From Octopus vulgaris (Eukaryota): a stretch of 64,000 nt of DNA. Under the pieces are notes generated by a model. It was not told the origin of the DNA and did no database searches. It saw only the letters and a program-made list of their open reading frames with translations. This document shows positions 18,503 through 33,272 of the stretch, piece by piece (positions within the stretch are counted from its first letter, which is position 1; each line of letters starts with the position of its first letter). The DNA is taken from NCBI GenBank assembly GCA_951406725.2, contig OX597828.1, forward strand, positions 48,670,001-48,734,000, given 5' to 3'. A program made the translations under genes and the position numbers.

Positions 18503-18897
18503 TATTGATGTAGATAGATATATATGTTTACACACATTAGTTGCATGGTGACACAGATCAAGTTAGCAGTGGTTGAGGAGATCCATAATATAAAGACGTT
18601 CCAGCGATGTCTATCTCGTTTTTTCATATATTTACGGCAACACTGTCCAATGTTCCCTTCCTTTACTTCAGGCGGTGCAGTATATGTTTAAGAGTTGATC
18701 TACTGTTATTTCTCGCAAGTCTACCTACTTTGTAGAGGCTTCAGCGTTATCAAAGACGAAAAACAAACTCACTGAGATATCCGCCATGTTGATTTCGCTA
18801 TGTATTTCTGTGTTTTCTTTTCTTGTATTATGAAACAAATGAACCAGCGCAATCATTTCGTTTACATGTAATATGTCAATGTAAATAAAAGTTGATA

Positions 18898-18977
<80 letters not shown>

Positions 18978-19140
18978 AAGCAGTTAATAAGGTTGCGGAA
19001 TGGCGGTTGGGAAATGTTAGGATATTGCGTCACGGGGAACTTTTAACCCGCCTCGAAACTTCTAGATACGGGAACTACGGGAGGGTGTGATTACATGTGT
19101 GCATACATACACATGTATACATGTATATATTACATATTAC

Positions 19141-19224
<84 letters not shown>

Positions 19225-19477
19225 ATATGTGTATATATATATGTGTGTATGTGGGATGGGGTGGGGGGTATTTCTGTGAAGGATGTAATTTGATAGGTAT
19301 TTAATTTTACTAAGTTATATCATAGAATATTGTGAAGAGAACGAGAGAGAAGGAGAGGAAGAACGGAAGCGATGAAATAATAATAGAAAGAAAGAGAGGA
19401 AGAGAGGGAGAGACGGCGATAATAGAAAGAAAGATAACAGACTGATGTGTGTGTGTATGTATGTATATATATATATG

Positions 19478-19522
<45 letters not shown>

Positions 19523-19704
19523 TATTTATAGGTACATGTATGTATGTATGTATGTATGTATGTATGTATGTATGTATGCATGCATGTATGTATGTATGCA
19601 TGAATGTATGTATGTATGTTTGTATGTATGTATGTATGTTTGTATGTATGTATGTATGTATGTATGCATGTATGTATGTTCGTATGTATGTATATATGTA
19701 TGTA

Positions 19705-19755
<51 letters not shown>

Positions 19756-19768
19756 TATTTATAGGTAC

Positions 19769-19801
<33 letters not shown>

Positions 19802-19959
19802 TGTATGTATGCATGTATGTATGTAAACATGCATGTACGTGTGTATGTGTACATAACGGGAACACAGAGGTGAAGGAAGCGAAAGAGGAGTGGGCAAAAA
19901 TAGAGATTAAGTGAATAGGAAATAAGATAAGGAAAGAAAGTATTATGTACGTTTGTGTG

Positions 19960-19991
<32 letters not shown>

Positions 19992-20357
19992 CACATGTGT
20001 AGAGAGAGAGGAAGAGAGAGAGAGGCCGACAGACCGACAGGCGTTAAAGGGACACAAAGATATGGAGAATAGAGAGGTAAAAGAGAATGTAAACGGTAGC
20101 TAAAATACTACAAACACACGCACACACAAACACACAAACACACATATATAATATGTAATATATATGCTTACATACGTACGTATATGTGTGTACATATATA
20201 CATATGTGTGTGTGTATGTGTGCATACAATCCTACATATGGGTATACATTATATATATATACACACACACACATATATATATATATATACATATACAAAC
20301 ACACAGACACACACACACACATATATATATATACATATACAAACACACACACACACA

Positions 20358-20409
<52 letters not shown>

Positions 20410-20410
<1 letters not shown>

Positions 20411-21426
20411 CTTTATATATATAAAACTGAGATGTGTGTCTGTCTGTCTGTGTGTTTCCCTAAAACTTGAGAGCTACACAACCAATTTCATTCAAATTTT
20501 ACACATGCCCTACTTAGGGTCCATGTAGTTTCATGGGCAAAAAAAATGTTCAACTTCTTGCCTAGAGCGAGCCCATAGCAATATCATATCTTCTCCACTA
20601 TTTCAGTATTACGTATTAAAAGTGAAACAAAAATACTTCTCTATTTTATGTCAGATACTTTCACTTTAACAATAAAAATAATAATAACAATTGAATTATA
20701 TGTAGTAAGTAATAATTAAAATCAAACTAAAGTATAATATAATCGTAGCATAAAAAAAAGTAAAAATAGCAATTGGCATAAAATTGCATCAATGACTTGA
20801 ACTTGAATAAGTGGTTTCACATGAATGGGAATAAATTAAAAGTAAAATTAGCGTGCAGAAATGGAATAGTCCAGATGGATAATAAAAAATTAAATTAAAG
20901 AAAAGACTATTGTCTATAAAGTATACAATGTAGAGAAAAAAGATTTGAACACATGGATGAAAGCACCTTCGAAAAGTGTCTTGGTGCGACTATGAAAGTT
21001 ATCTAATCAGAGATAGAAGCAAGGTTCGAGTCAACGGAGCGTGCAAGGGCGTACTCGACTCGAACTTGCAAAGTGGAAATATTTTATTTTTACCTTTATA
21101 TCTGGGACGTAGGACGTCCCGGAAAAAAATTTTTAATGCCCCCCCCCCCAAGTAGAGGTAGGCTGGATTGTAGCCACACTTCTATACAAGAGGGAGGACA
21201 AGATACAATTGATCGAATTTACAAGAGACGGGCTAACAATTCCAGTCTGTTATATGTTTTGAGTATTGTTATCACTAGCGATATCAAGATATAACTTTGT
21301 ATTTTGTATTTTATGTGTAGATGTATATATATATATAGATGTATATGTAATATGTACACATATATATATACACATATATACATGTGCTAGCACTATGACC
21401 CGGCAACGACGGGTCTTTAATGCTAG
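20410..21426 (+). mobile_element. Non-autonomous Helitron
   Basis: A|TC 5' start, 3' hairpin gacccg-gcaacga-cgggtc (21397-21415) followed by CTAG|T, no TSD. Confidence 0.8.
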
Positions 21427-21983
21427 TATATATATCAAATCTACTGGAAACTGCCACTCCGAAATTCGTTACACCGTGTCTCTCGTTTTCGATCTCCGGT
21501 CGATTATGAAGAATGAAACATAAAAATCTGTATTAAACAGATATGGACTGGAAATATTTTTTAAACATTACAAATTCCGTGAGGATACATGGATTATCGA
21601 GCAGGGAAAAAAGCTCTTCGTGGTTTTGACTGAGCGTATGGCACAGTGTGTTATCTAATAATATTACTGCCATACAAAATATCTGGCACCAACACATTTC
21701 TTTCATTAGGCAAAAGAGTGAAAGGGCTTAAAATCAAGTTTTTGAATATGCTTCCTCGTGTGTGCATGGTTTTTGATTTGGAACCGGCGATGTAGGTTAT
21801 GCTTCAGTGAGAAATAATTCCATTTATTTCCAGACATATATGACTTAAATGAAAGATTTGAAGTGTTGGGCTGTTGCAGATGCTCTTTAAGATTCTTATA
21901 ATCCAGCTATATACCGCCAAGCCGATAAATTTAGGGCGATGATGAACAATATGGATCCAACTCTCTCCACTTATGAAGGTTTA

Positions 21984-22496
21984 TCGTAAATCCTCGAGTA
22001 TAATCCGCATTTTTTTCCCAAAATTTAAGGTTCAAAATCCCTAGTGCGTACTATATACGAGGTTAAAAATGAAACTTATTTTCTAAGCAATGTTCGAGTC
22101 TCTATTTTGCCGTCCGGCAATGTTTATTCAGACGCATTTTGTGATGTCGGGCGCGAAAATACCTTAACCTAAGCCTGAAAGCAATGAAGTCATAAAAGAA
22201 TCATCCATAACTTGCGGTAAGCAACATTTATCAAACGTTATTACTGTTATTTCTATTTTCTGCAAACAAAATGCACAAAAAAGCTAAACGTTTGCATTAT
22301 GTTATATATATACAATAATAATAAAGGACGTTACCGTATACATTTTTACAAACCAAGGACGTTATACAGACCTCCTTGACTCAAGTTAGAGAAAGGATGC
22401 GTATTATACACAAGGTTTAGGTTTTTCAGAGATACAGCCCCCTAAAAATCCCCTGCGTATTATACTCAAGGGCGGACTATACTCGAGGATTTACGG
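21984..22496. mobile_element. pogo/Tc1-mariner-type MITE
   Basis: TIRs cgtaaatcctcgagtataatccgc / gcggactatactcgaggatttacgg; TA at 21982-21983 and 22497-22498; internal repeats of the TIR motif. Confidence 0.85.
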
Positions 22497-24051
22497 TATG
22501 TAATTCCAATGCGCTGTCAATTTTTTTTTTGTTTTTTTGTTTTTTTACACAGACTGAATTACTCATATATTTATATTTTTTACACTCTAAAACAAATAGA
22601 GACGTTTTAAGTCTTTTTAAAAAATTTTTCCCAATACATACATACCTATATATATATATATCGTTTCGTAACCTCATCTTATCACCTCTAACCGGTAACG
22701 TCATTACTATTTTCAATCTATGCTTTATTTATCAACGAATAAAAAAATCTTTGTTCCATTTTAATCAATCATCACTTCTTTATAATAAATCATTTTATGC
22801 ACAGAGAATAGAGAGAATCAAAACAATGATGTACTTAGTTATTCTTAACACGTTCAGGTAGATTTGAACGTGAATATACCAATCGCTGGTGTATTTCGCT
22901 GATCGCCCTGCATGAGATAATTTATCATCGATTTCGCAGACATCAAAAATGATTTTATAAGCCATTTAAAAACACACAAAAACCGTTAAATTCACTTCAA
23001 CATTTAAATTTAATTTGCCAAACTATTTTCGTCGCTTTGAGACCGCAACCTGTACACTGACAAAGTTCCAGCACACGATCTCAGATCAAGTCACTTGCTA
23101 TGCAAGTACATCACCGTAAACAAAAAATTATTTATTTGCTGAATTCTATAAACAAAGCTAATAATTCTTGATTACACTCGTTGACCCCGGGGAGACCTTT
23201 GCTCAAGAAACACAACCAGATCGAAATTATGTAGTGTCTCAAAGTTCTCTTCAACGAATTGAGCGAAACAAGTCAATACGCATCATCTGAAATGAGGTGT
23301 TCTCTGAAGACGGAATACAACAGCAAGTAGCAGATTCCCTCGCGCATCTGCTGGAACGTTTGCTTCAGTCATTAGACGACGGCCATGCTGGGGCAGTGCC
23401 TTGAAGATATTTTTAGTCGAATGAACCTAGGACTTATTTTTAAAGCCTGGTATTTACTCTATAGGTCTCTTTTGTCGAACAGCTAAGTTACGTGGACGTA
23501 AACAAATGAACACCGGTTGTCAAACGGTGGCGGGGACAAACACACACACACACACACAAACACAGATTTATGTATGCGTGCGCATGTGTGTATAAAATGG
23601 GCTTCCTTCAAGTCTCCTCCACCAAATCCACTGTCAAGGCTTAGATTGGCCCGAGGTTATAGTAGAAGACACTTGTTTAAGATGCCACGCAGTGGGACTG
23701 AACCCGGGACCGTGCGATTGGTAAGTAGACTTCTTACCACACAACCACGCCTGCGCCCATATTGAGCACTTCTTTTAATATTGAACAGTCTCCAATGTCT
23801 GCATGTCACGTGTCATTTTTATGCTCCATTTTATTTATTAAATAATCGCCCGTAGATCGGAAGTGAGAATCATGTCATGAAGTTCCTCCTTCCATGAAAT
23901 TACGTAACACTTCTTTGAATACTGCATTCGTCCTTCGTTTTTACATTAAAGTGTTTACATCTATATATCCCTCTGTCTTTCTCTCTATCTCTCACCGTCT
24001 CCATCTCTTCCTCTCTCTCTCTCTCTCTCTCTTTCTCTCCCTCTCTTTCTT

Positions 24052-24115
<64 letters not shown>

Positions 24116-24218
24116 AATGTATGTGTATAAATCTGTTTGAGTGTGTGTAAGTGTGTGTATGTTTGTGTGTGTGTGTGTGTGTGCAAACCTGTGTGCATGT
24201 ATATGTCTACTCACACAA

Positions 24219-24263
<45 letters not shown>

Positions 24264-24290
24264 CTGAAACGCATATCCATACGTATATAC

Positions 24291-24324
<34 letters not shown>

Positions 24325-24358
24325 GTACATATATATATATATATATACATTTATATGT

Positions 24359-24458
<100 letters not shown>

Positions 24459-24749
24459 GTATGTATGTATAATTATTGTTTTGCAAGAGAGACTTGACAT
24501 CGTCAGTGAAACTAAAGACAAGACAATTAGTAAATGTCAGATTAGCGTCCCAGGGAATATCTTAATTAGATTGTTTAAAATGTCAATTAGTGAACCTCAT
24601 AATTGCGTTACTGATAATTTACTCCTCTCTACATATGTGTATATACACATATATGCGCGTGTGTGTATATATACATATATATATATTTATGTATGTATGC
24701 ATATATGTATGTGTATATGTATGTAAGTATACACTGCAAGCAACAATTA

Positions 24750-24789
<40 letters not shown>

Positions 24790-25453
24790 CTCTCTCTCTC
24801 TCTCTTTCTCACTCGCTTTCCTTATTCATCATCTACTTTTACTGAAGCTCAAAAATACTTGTTCTGTTTGTGATGGTCTGTGTATGTATGTATGTATGTA
24901 TGTATGTATGTATGCATGTATGTATGTATGCATGTATGCATGCATGTGTATATATATGTGTACGGTTGTATTGTTAGTGTTTGTGTGAGGGTAAGACATG
25001 TGTGCGTGCGTATCTTGAAACATATATGTAATATGTGAGCATATGTACATATATGTGGAGGCGCAATGGCCCAGTGGTTAGGGCAGCGGACTGGCGGTCG
25101 TAGGATCGCGGTTTCGATTCCCAGGCCGGGCGTTGTGAGTGTTTATTGAGCAAAAAACACCTAAAAGCTCCACGAGGCTCCGGCAGGGGATGGTGGTGAT
25201 CCCTGCTGTGCTCTTTCACCACAACTTTCTCTCACTCTTTCTTCCTGTTTCTGTTGTACCTGTATTTCAAAGGGATGGCCTTGTCACTCTCTGTGTCACG
25301 CTGAATATCCCCGAGAACTACGTTAAGGGTACACGTGTCTGTGGAGTGCTTCCACATACATATATGTATGTATATAAATATATGTATGCTTACATATTAC
25401 ACATGTATGTGTATAAACACACACAGAGACTCACAGCACACAAAGACGCACAC

Positions 25454-25488
<35 letters not shown>

Positions 25489-25489
25489 T

Positions 25490-25637
25490 TATTTTATAGA
25501 AGGACTAGAACTGTTTCATTCAGAATGAATGAAACAGTTCTAGTCCTGTAAAGCTCCTTCTATAAAATAAATTACTTTACTCTGCTATGTATTGAGTACC
25601 TTATTTACTGTGGTTTACCCCGACTCAACCCGGGACC

Positions 25638-25640
<3 letters not shown>
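25490..25640 (+). mobile_element. Second copy of the 3.1-kb element, with a shorter inverted duplication and no CUGAUGA core
   Basis: gaatgaaacagttctagtcctgta...gtattgagtaccttattt...ccccgactcaacccgggacctac is the reverse complement of 3074-3190; (TA)n flanks. Confidence 0.7.
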
Positions 25641-25703
<63 letters not shown>

Positions 25704-25706
<3 letters not shown>

Positions 25707-25862
25707 GGAGAGTTTACGAAAAAAAGCAAAAGACAAAGACAGGTGGTGTACAAAACAAACAGATGTATTAGTATAACACTCAGGAATAGAAAAATTCTTT
25801 TACGTTTCGAGCCTACGCTCTTCTAGAGAAAAGGACATAGAAAACCAGGAGAGAAACAAGGA
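25704..25862 (-). mobile_element. TA-associated PLE-like terminal fragment with degenerate hammerhead; relatives at about 5490-5580 and 14885-14954
   Basis: Minus strand ctctaga-agagcgtaggctc-GAAA-cg-TA. Shares tatactaatacatctgtttg...cacctgtctt with 14885-14954. Confidence 0.5.
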
Positions 25863-26126
25863 TATATACATATATATATATATATATACATATGCATGCA
25901 TGGATATGCATACAGATGAATGCATAACTACGTATATGTGTATATAAGTACGTAGGTTATATATATATAAGTACATTATAGAGATATTGTGTGTGTGTGT
26001 GTGTATGTACATAGAAAAGTGCATTATATTTAAACCCATGCCTGTGTTGTTTAAGAGCATGTGTGTACGTGCGTAAGTGTATGTGTATGAACGTGTGCAT
26101 ACGTCTATGCATATATGCATATATGT

Positions 26127-26165
<39 letters not shown>

Positions 26166-26731
26166 CATACCCACACGATAAGAAACGAGTTATGCAGCAC
26201 TTCAGGAAGCCTAAACCAATGACCAAACCATTTAAACCCACCGAAACATCAAAACAAACTCCCCGCCCCCCACCTGCCGCCTCCTCCAAGACTATCTCAA
26301 CAGCAACTAATCTTCTCCGACATTGTTCCCACTTAGTTCCCTTTAAAGATTCGCATGTGAAAACCTCTTCAGTTTTGAGAGGTAGAAAATATATACAAAG
26401 ACTTAAGAAGTGTTTATCTTATCAAATAATTTAATTAAAATTTCTTTGTTTTTATGTCTATTTCTTTTTTGTGTGTTTCCATAAATACATTCTTGTTCGT
26501 TATTCTAATTTTTGTTTCATTATTCATTTATGTGATATTTTCTGTTCATGTTTTAATTTATTTATTGTAATTATTTATCTACTTGTTTTGTTTTTTTTTG
26601 CTTGTTTTTTTTTGGGGGGGGGGGTTGTGGGAGGAGTCAATCGGTCATAGAAGTAATTTCACAAATTACTTCAGTCGTTTCATCTGCAGTTTCAAATATC
26701 ATACCATAAAACTCTCAGACGTGTACGAGTG

Positions 26732-26816
<85 letters not shown>

Positions 26817-28183
26817 ACAGAGAGGCGCACATACACGCCCACTCATACACACGCACACACACATACAAACACACATGTGCGTGTGTGTAAGATAGACAGA
26901 CCAACCGATAAAGTGATTGTATGTGTGTGTGTGGGTGTGTGTGTGGATGTGTGGCTGTGTGTGTGTGTGTGTTGAACTTTTACATGAAAACGGGTGACAG
27001 TAACTTCGAAGCTTCGGTGTGCTAGCCTTTGTCGAACAGTCGCACGAAGGCTAACAGCCAGAAAAAATACACATATGCATACACAATTATGAACACACGC
27101 ACAGACATATACACTCACACATACAGATATATACACACACACACATACACACATATAAATGTGATAGAGAAATAGTAGCCGTTTAAAGCAGACGCGCACA
27201 CGTACCCAGTTATGCACATTCACACACACACACACACAAACACAAGCACACACATACACGTGCGCGTGCACTCACAAGTCCCCAGTACAATGGAGGACAA
27301 TCCGTCCAGCGAAGCAACCTGACGTCTTTTACACACGGAAGCTATGTTAAGAATGTTTTAACTATTTCACCTTTTCTCTCTTTCTCCACTCTCCCTCAAA
27401 TTATTTCACACTCCCACTCGATCCCGTTCACTCTCACTCAAGCTCTTTAACCTTCGCTTATTCCCCTCCGTCTTCGTTCGTTCTCGCTACCGACCCATCC
27501 CCATCAATGCAATTTTTCCTTTGTGCAACAGCTTCGCTCGTTCATTGTTTCAGTTCGCCATTTTGTATTTTTTTTTTACATGAGAAAAGGAAAAGCTGGA
27601 AACGACAATAACAACGAGAACAACAGTGACAGCAACAACAACAACAACAAAAACGCCCTGTAGAAGCAGCAGGGGCAGCAGCAGCAACAATAACAACAGC
27701 AACAACAATAACAGCAATGACAACAGCAGCAATAATAACAACAACACTCTTTTACTCGTTTCAGTCACTTGACTATGGCCATGCTGAAGCACCGCCTTTA
27801 GTCGAGCAAATTGGCCCCAGGACTTATTCTTTGTAAGCCTAGCACTTATTCTATCGGTTCTCTTTTGCCGAATCGCTAAGTTACGGGGACGTAAACACAC
27901 CAGCATCGGTTGTCAAGCGATGTTGGGAGGTACAAATACATACACACACACACACACTCATACATACATACATACATACATACATACATACATACATACA
28001 TACGACGGGCTTCTTTCAGTTTCCGTCTACCAAATCCACTCACAAGGTTTTGGTCGGGCCGAGGCTATAGTAGAAGACACTTGCCCAAGGTGCCACGCAG
28101 TGGGACTGAACCCGTAACCATGTGGTTGGTAAGCAAGCTTCTTACCACACAGCCACTCCTGACAGAAACTGAAAGAAGCCCGT

Positions 28184-28230
<47 letters not shown>

Positions 28231-29310
28231 GTGTGTGTGTATGTTTGTGTGTCTGTCTTTGTCCCCCAACATCGCTTGACAACCGATGCTGGTGTGTTTA
28301 CGTCTCCGTAACTTAGTGGTTCGGCAAAAGAGACCGATAGAATAAGTTCTAGGCTTACAAAGAATAAGCCCTGGGGTCTATTTGCTCGAGTAAAGGCGGT
28401 GCTCTAGCATGGCCACAGTCAAATGACTGAAACAAGTAAAAGAGTAAAAGAGTAACCGTCCAAGGCAGGTAGCATTGATAATAACAGCAACAACAACACC
28501 AACAGCAACAACAAGTCGAGGCGGAAGGCTCTACCTGGTCGATTGACATGCTAGAAATAACAGTAAATTTTCTTGCGAATAAAACTCCACAAGCAGATTG
28601 AATAATAGTGTCCAAGATACAGTATGTCCTGATAAATAATATAAAATGGAATTGTCACGGAAGGATTGCGTTTAGAATACAGGTTTGGTTTTTTGTCAGA
28701 GCTGACCATGGCCTAAGTAACAATAGATAAAAAAAACAACTGACATGGAAACCCTGACTATATACATTATACATACAAACATACACGACATACATACATA
28801 CATACATACATACATGCAAATATACATACATACATACGCACATACACGCATATACATACGCACATACATATATACATACATACATATACACACATATACA
28901 TACATACATACATACATACGCACATATACACATACATCACACATGCATATACATACACACATACATATATACATACACATACATACATACACATACATAC
29001 ACACACACATATACATACATATATACATACACACACACATACATACATACATACATACATACATACATACATACATACATACATACACATACATACATTC
29101 ATACATACATACATACATACATACATACATACATACATACATACATACATACATACATACATACATACATACATGTGTAGCCCCTCGACCTTCACCTCAG
29201 CAGATACAGGACTTAATGAAATACAAAAAGAACAGACAGTGTCTATGGCCTAAAGTAATTTAAGTAATTAAAACCCTAAAAAAAGGAGCTTAGTTGGGTA
29301 GGTTATGTAA

Positions 29311-29353
<43 letters not shown>

Positions 29354-30265
29354 CCGGTAGACAAATAAATAGAGAGAGATTTGATTAAAGGGGACTTATC
29401 AGGGATCTAGGCATATCAAAGTGACGCACGCCACAATTAATGGCGAGACAGAATGACGTGAATCAGACAGTTAAGTAAACAATTATCATAGCACGGAATT
29501 CATTGATGAATAGATGTTCAGTGTTTGGTAATCCACAACTCCAACAGTATCCGAAGATGAATAGAAACCTTAAGTGTAGTATAAAGATAAAAACTGGCGA
29601 ATGGGTTATTTCGTCCCGCTGCAATTGTTTCGTTTGTCGTCTTAATTATGACGTAAACATGATACAGTTAGGAATGTAGTATGTACGACATCCTATCAGA
29701 AGATGTCATACACAAGGCGGCGAGCTGGCAGAAACGTTAGCACGCCGGGCGAAATCCGTAGCCGTATTTCGTCAGCCACTACGTTCTTAGTTCAAATTCC
29801 GCCGAGGTCGACTTTGCCTTTCATCCTTTCGGGGTCGATTAAATAAGTACCAAGTCGATATAATCCGTTTGTCTATCTTTGTTTGTCCTCTCTGTGTTTA
29901 GCCCCTTGTGGACAGCAAAGAAATAGGTATTTCGTCTGCCGCTACGTTCTGAGTTCAAATTTCGCCGAGGTCGACTTTGCCTTTCATCCTTTCTGGGTCG
30001 GTTAAATACGTACCAGTTACGCACTGGGGTCGATATAATATACTCAATCCGTTTGCCTGTCCTTGTTTGTCCCCTCTACGTTTAGCCCCTTGTGGGCAAT
30101 AAAGAAATAAGTACGTCATACGTTACACAACTCTCGACAAGTCACTTGTTGACGAACTGTCGGTTCATCAGCACGTCCTTTAGATAACAGTAATTGTTTG
30201 ATATTATGCGTTACTTTGCCTTTCATCCTTTCGGGGTCGATAAATTAAGTACCAGTTGCGTACTG

Positions 30266-30643
30266 TACTTACTTGTACTTGTGGCGACATTCACCCTGGG
30301 CGGGTTGAGTCGGCTTCTTCCACCACCCTCGAGGCATCTCGAACCATGGCGGTGGAAGAAGTTTCGTGGGAATATGAATTTCACAATCGGCCCCCCAACA
30401 ATCCCGCATGTAGAGACATCCTGTTTGCCGCAGATTGTCCACAGACACAGGGAACGACTGAGGAGCCGCCGGATGCCGAAACAGACACTCTGAGGATTTT
30501 CCTCAGACCCCCGTCTGCCAGGTTGTGGCTCTAATACCACATGGTGTCAGACCAATCCGCCTTGGGTGGCCCTACCAGGAACCGACGGCGTAGTTCTAAC
30601 ACTACCCGTTGCCAGCGTCCCCACCACGGTGAGGAGGGGATGA
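30266..30643 (-). mobile_element. Short non-autonomous RTE-like element nested in a family A SINE
   Basis: Splits the SINE core; actg duplicated at 30262-30265 and 30644-30647; (CAAGTA)n-like 3' tail; 5' end ccgtggtgggga...cctggtagggccaccca resembles RTE 5' UTRs. Confidence 0.6.
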
Positions 30644-31494
30644 ACTGGGGTCGATGTAATCGACTAGCCCCCTTTCCCCAAATTTCATGTACAATAGAGA
30701 AGAATATTAGGCGTGGGGAGCTAGCAGAATTGGTAGCATGCCCGGCAAAATTGCTTAGGGGCATTTCAACCGTCTTTACATTATGAGTTCAAATCCCTAC
30801 CTGAAACTTGCTGGCCTTGTACCAAAATTTGAAACCAATATTATTGAAACCGTTTATTGCGATACTTTTGGGTCAATACTGTTTAGATAACAATAATTGT
30901 ATGATGTTATTACACAGGAGTACAAGGTAGTTAACACGCTGAGCGAAATGCTTAAGGGCATTCGTACGTCTTTACGTTCTGAATTCAAATTCCTCCTAGA
31001 TCGACTTTGCTTTTCATCCTTTCGGGTCGACAAATTAAGTACTGGCTGAGCATTGTGGTCGATGTAATCAACTTGACCTTCTTTCAAAAGTGCTGTCCTT
31101 GTGCTAAAACTGGAAACCAATATTATTCATGAGTATAATAAGCAATTTCCAATATAGCATTAAAAAAAAAACACAATTTCTTTCTATGTTCATAATTATA
31201 TCAATGTTTTAATAAGTAGACAGAGGTCCAATATTGTTTTCCTAGTTTTAGCACAAGGACAGCACTTTTGGAAGAAGGTTAAGTTGATTACATCGACCAC
31301 AATGCTCAGCCAGTACTTAATTTGTCGACCCGAAAGGATGAAAGGCAAAGTCGATCTAGGCGGAATTTGAATTCAGAACGTAAACAGACTACATAAAAAT
31401 ACATCAATCATCACGACACAAACCTTCATTCACTCACTCTATCTCTCTTTCTCACCCTCTTTCTCTCTCACATATACACGTGCAAGCACGCACG

Positions 31495-31541
<47 letters not shown>

Positions 31542-32089
31542 GTCCATTTCATATATTTTCTTTCAAGATAAATAGATGAAGTCGATTATATCGACCCCAG
31601 TGCGTATCTGGTACTTATTTGATCGACCCCGAAAGGATGAAAGGCAAAGTCGACCTCGGCGGAATTTGAACTCAGAACGTAGCGGCAGACGAAATACTGC
31701 TAAGATTTCGCCCGGCGTGCTAACGTTTCTGCCAGCTCACCGCCTCATACATATCTCTATATATATATATATATAAAAATTCAGGGTGAATACTTGATAA
31801 TTGTAAGCACCTGTATATACCATTTAGTGGTGTAGGTGTACGCGACTGTGAAGATTTGCATCCCCAACGTAAAACTTATAATGTAATACATGTCCTTGAA
31901 GTAGTAATTGTACGCGGCTGAAGAAGGCCATAGACACACATTATGCATTGTTATAAATCCGTCAAAAAAAGGTCGAAACATATGTACCGCTGAATCCTTG
32001 ACATCATGTTTTTAGTTTGATATCTATCTATCTATCTATATATATATATATATATATGTATGAACACACACACATAAATACATACATGC

Positions 32090-32121
<32 letters not shown>

Positions 32122-33158
32122 ATGTATGTATGCATACATATATACAACGATTCTGCTCAGACATAGTGGTACCAATAACCACTCGTTACAACCCACTATG
32201 TGTGCGTGTGTGTGTGCGCGCGTGTGTGTGTGCGCGCGTGTGTGTGTGTGTGTGTGTGTGTGAGGGGGAGAGAGAGTGAGTGAGTTTGAGAGAGTAGAAT
32301 AAAAGAAAAGCAAGAAGTGGGGTGAGGATTGATAATGATTGGGACAGGGGGGAGAAAGCGGGGAAGGGGAGTAGTGTTTAAGGAGAGAAATAAGGCAAGA
32401 GAACGACATGAAAAAAGAAGGAAAGAGGAATAACAGAGAGAGGGGAATAGGAGGAGAGGGGAGAAAGGAGAGAAGTGAGGGGAGGTTAAGGTTGAATTGT
32501 GGACTTGTTAACAGGAATATATAATAACAATGGAATTATGAAAGAGAAATCTTGTCAAGCCTTCCTTTTTCTAGTTACCATTCTCATTTACAAGGTACAG
32601 TGCAAGGTGACCGACAGAGGGCGCCTGCTGTCATAGAGAGTAAAACTTCCATTTAGTCTAGCTGTTTTATTAGAAGTGCTCGCGACATGCAGATTTTTCA
32701 CTCACAGGCGACAGAGATTGGGGTAAGGGTGACAGCTTGACAGAACCAAACGAGGCGCCAGGCAAAAATCAGAAAAAAACTTCCTCGTCGTATTAAGTTT
32801 CGTCCCTTCCGGTTTAAAACTCCCGTTCAAATTGACGTTTGGCCTTCATCCTGCCGGAAATGTGTAACCTTATGGCGAAGTTAGAAACAATTATTATCAT
32901 TATCTCATTGTCTAAAACGGTAAACGCCACAGAAATGATGCCGAGTGCTCGGGTTGTGAACTGCAAGAGACGGTTTCGGCTTTAGGACGTGCGGTGGCAA
33001 AAATAAACTGCAATGTTTCGTTGCATTTCTTAACGTTCTGCTTTCAAATCCGCCGAGGTCAGCTTGACCTTTTATACTTTTGGTGTTGATTAAATAAAAT
33101 AAGTCAACTGGTGGTATATACATATGTACACACACACACACACACATATATATATGTA

Positions 33159-33197
<39 letters not shown>

Positions 33198-33227
33198 CAT
33201 ACACTCACGCACACATATATATGTATG

Positions 33228-33272
<45 letters not shown>

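Noticed and set aside
22970-23120. Hammerhead-like stem gttgc/gcgac-GAAA on the minus strand
   Set aside because: No CUGANGA core or valid cleavage triplet.
24470-24515. CTGACGA plus hairpin on the minus strand
   Set aside because: The GAAA box and helices I and III are not recoverable.
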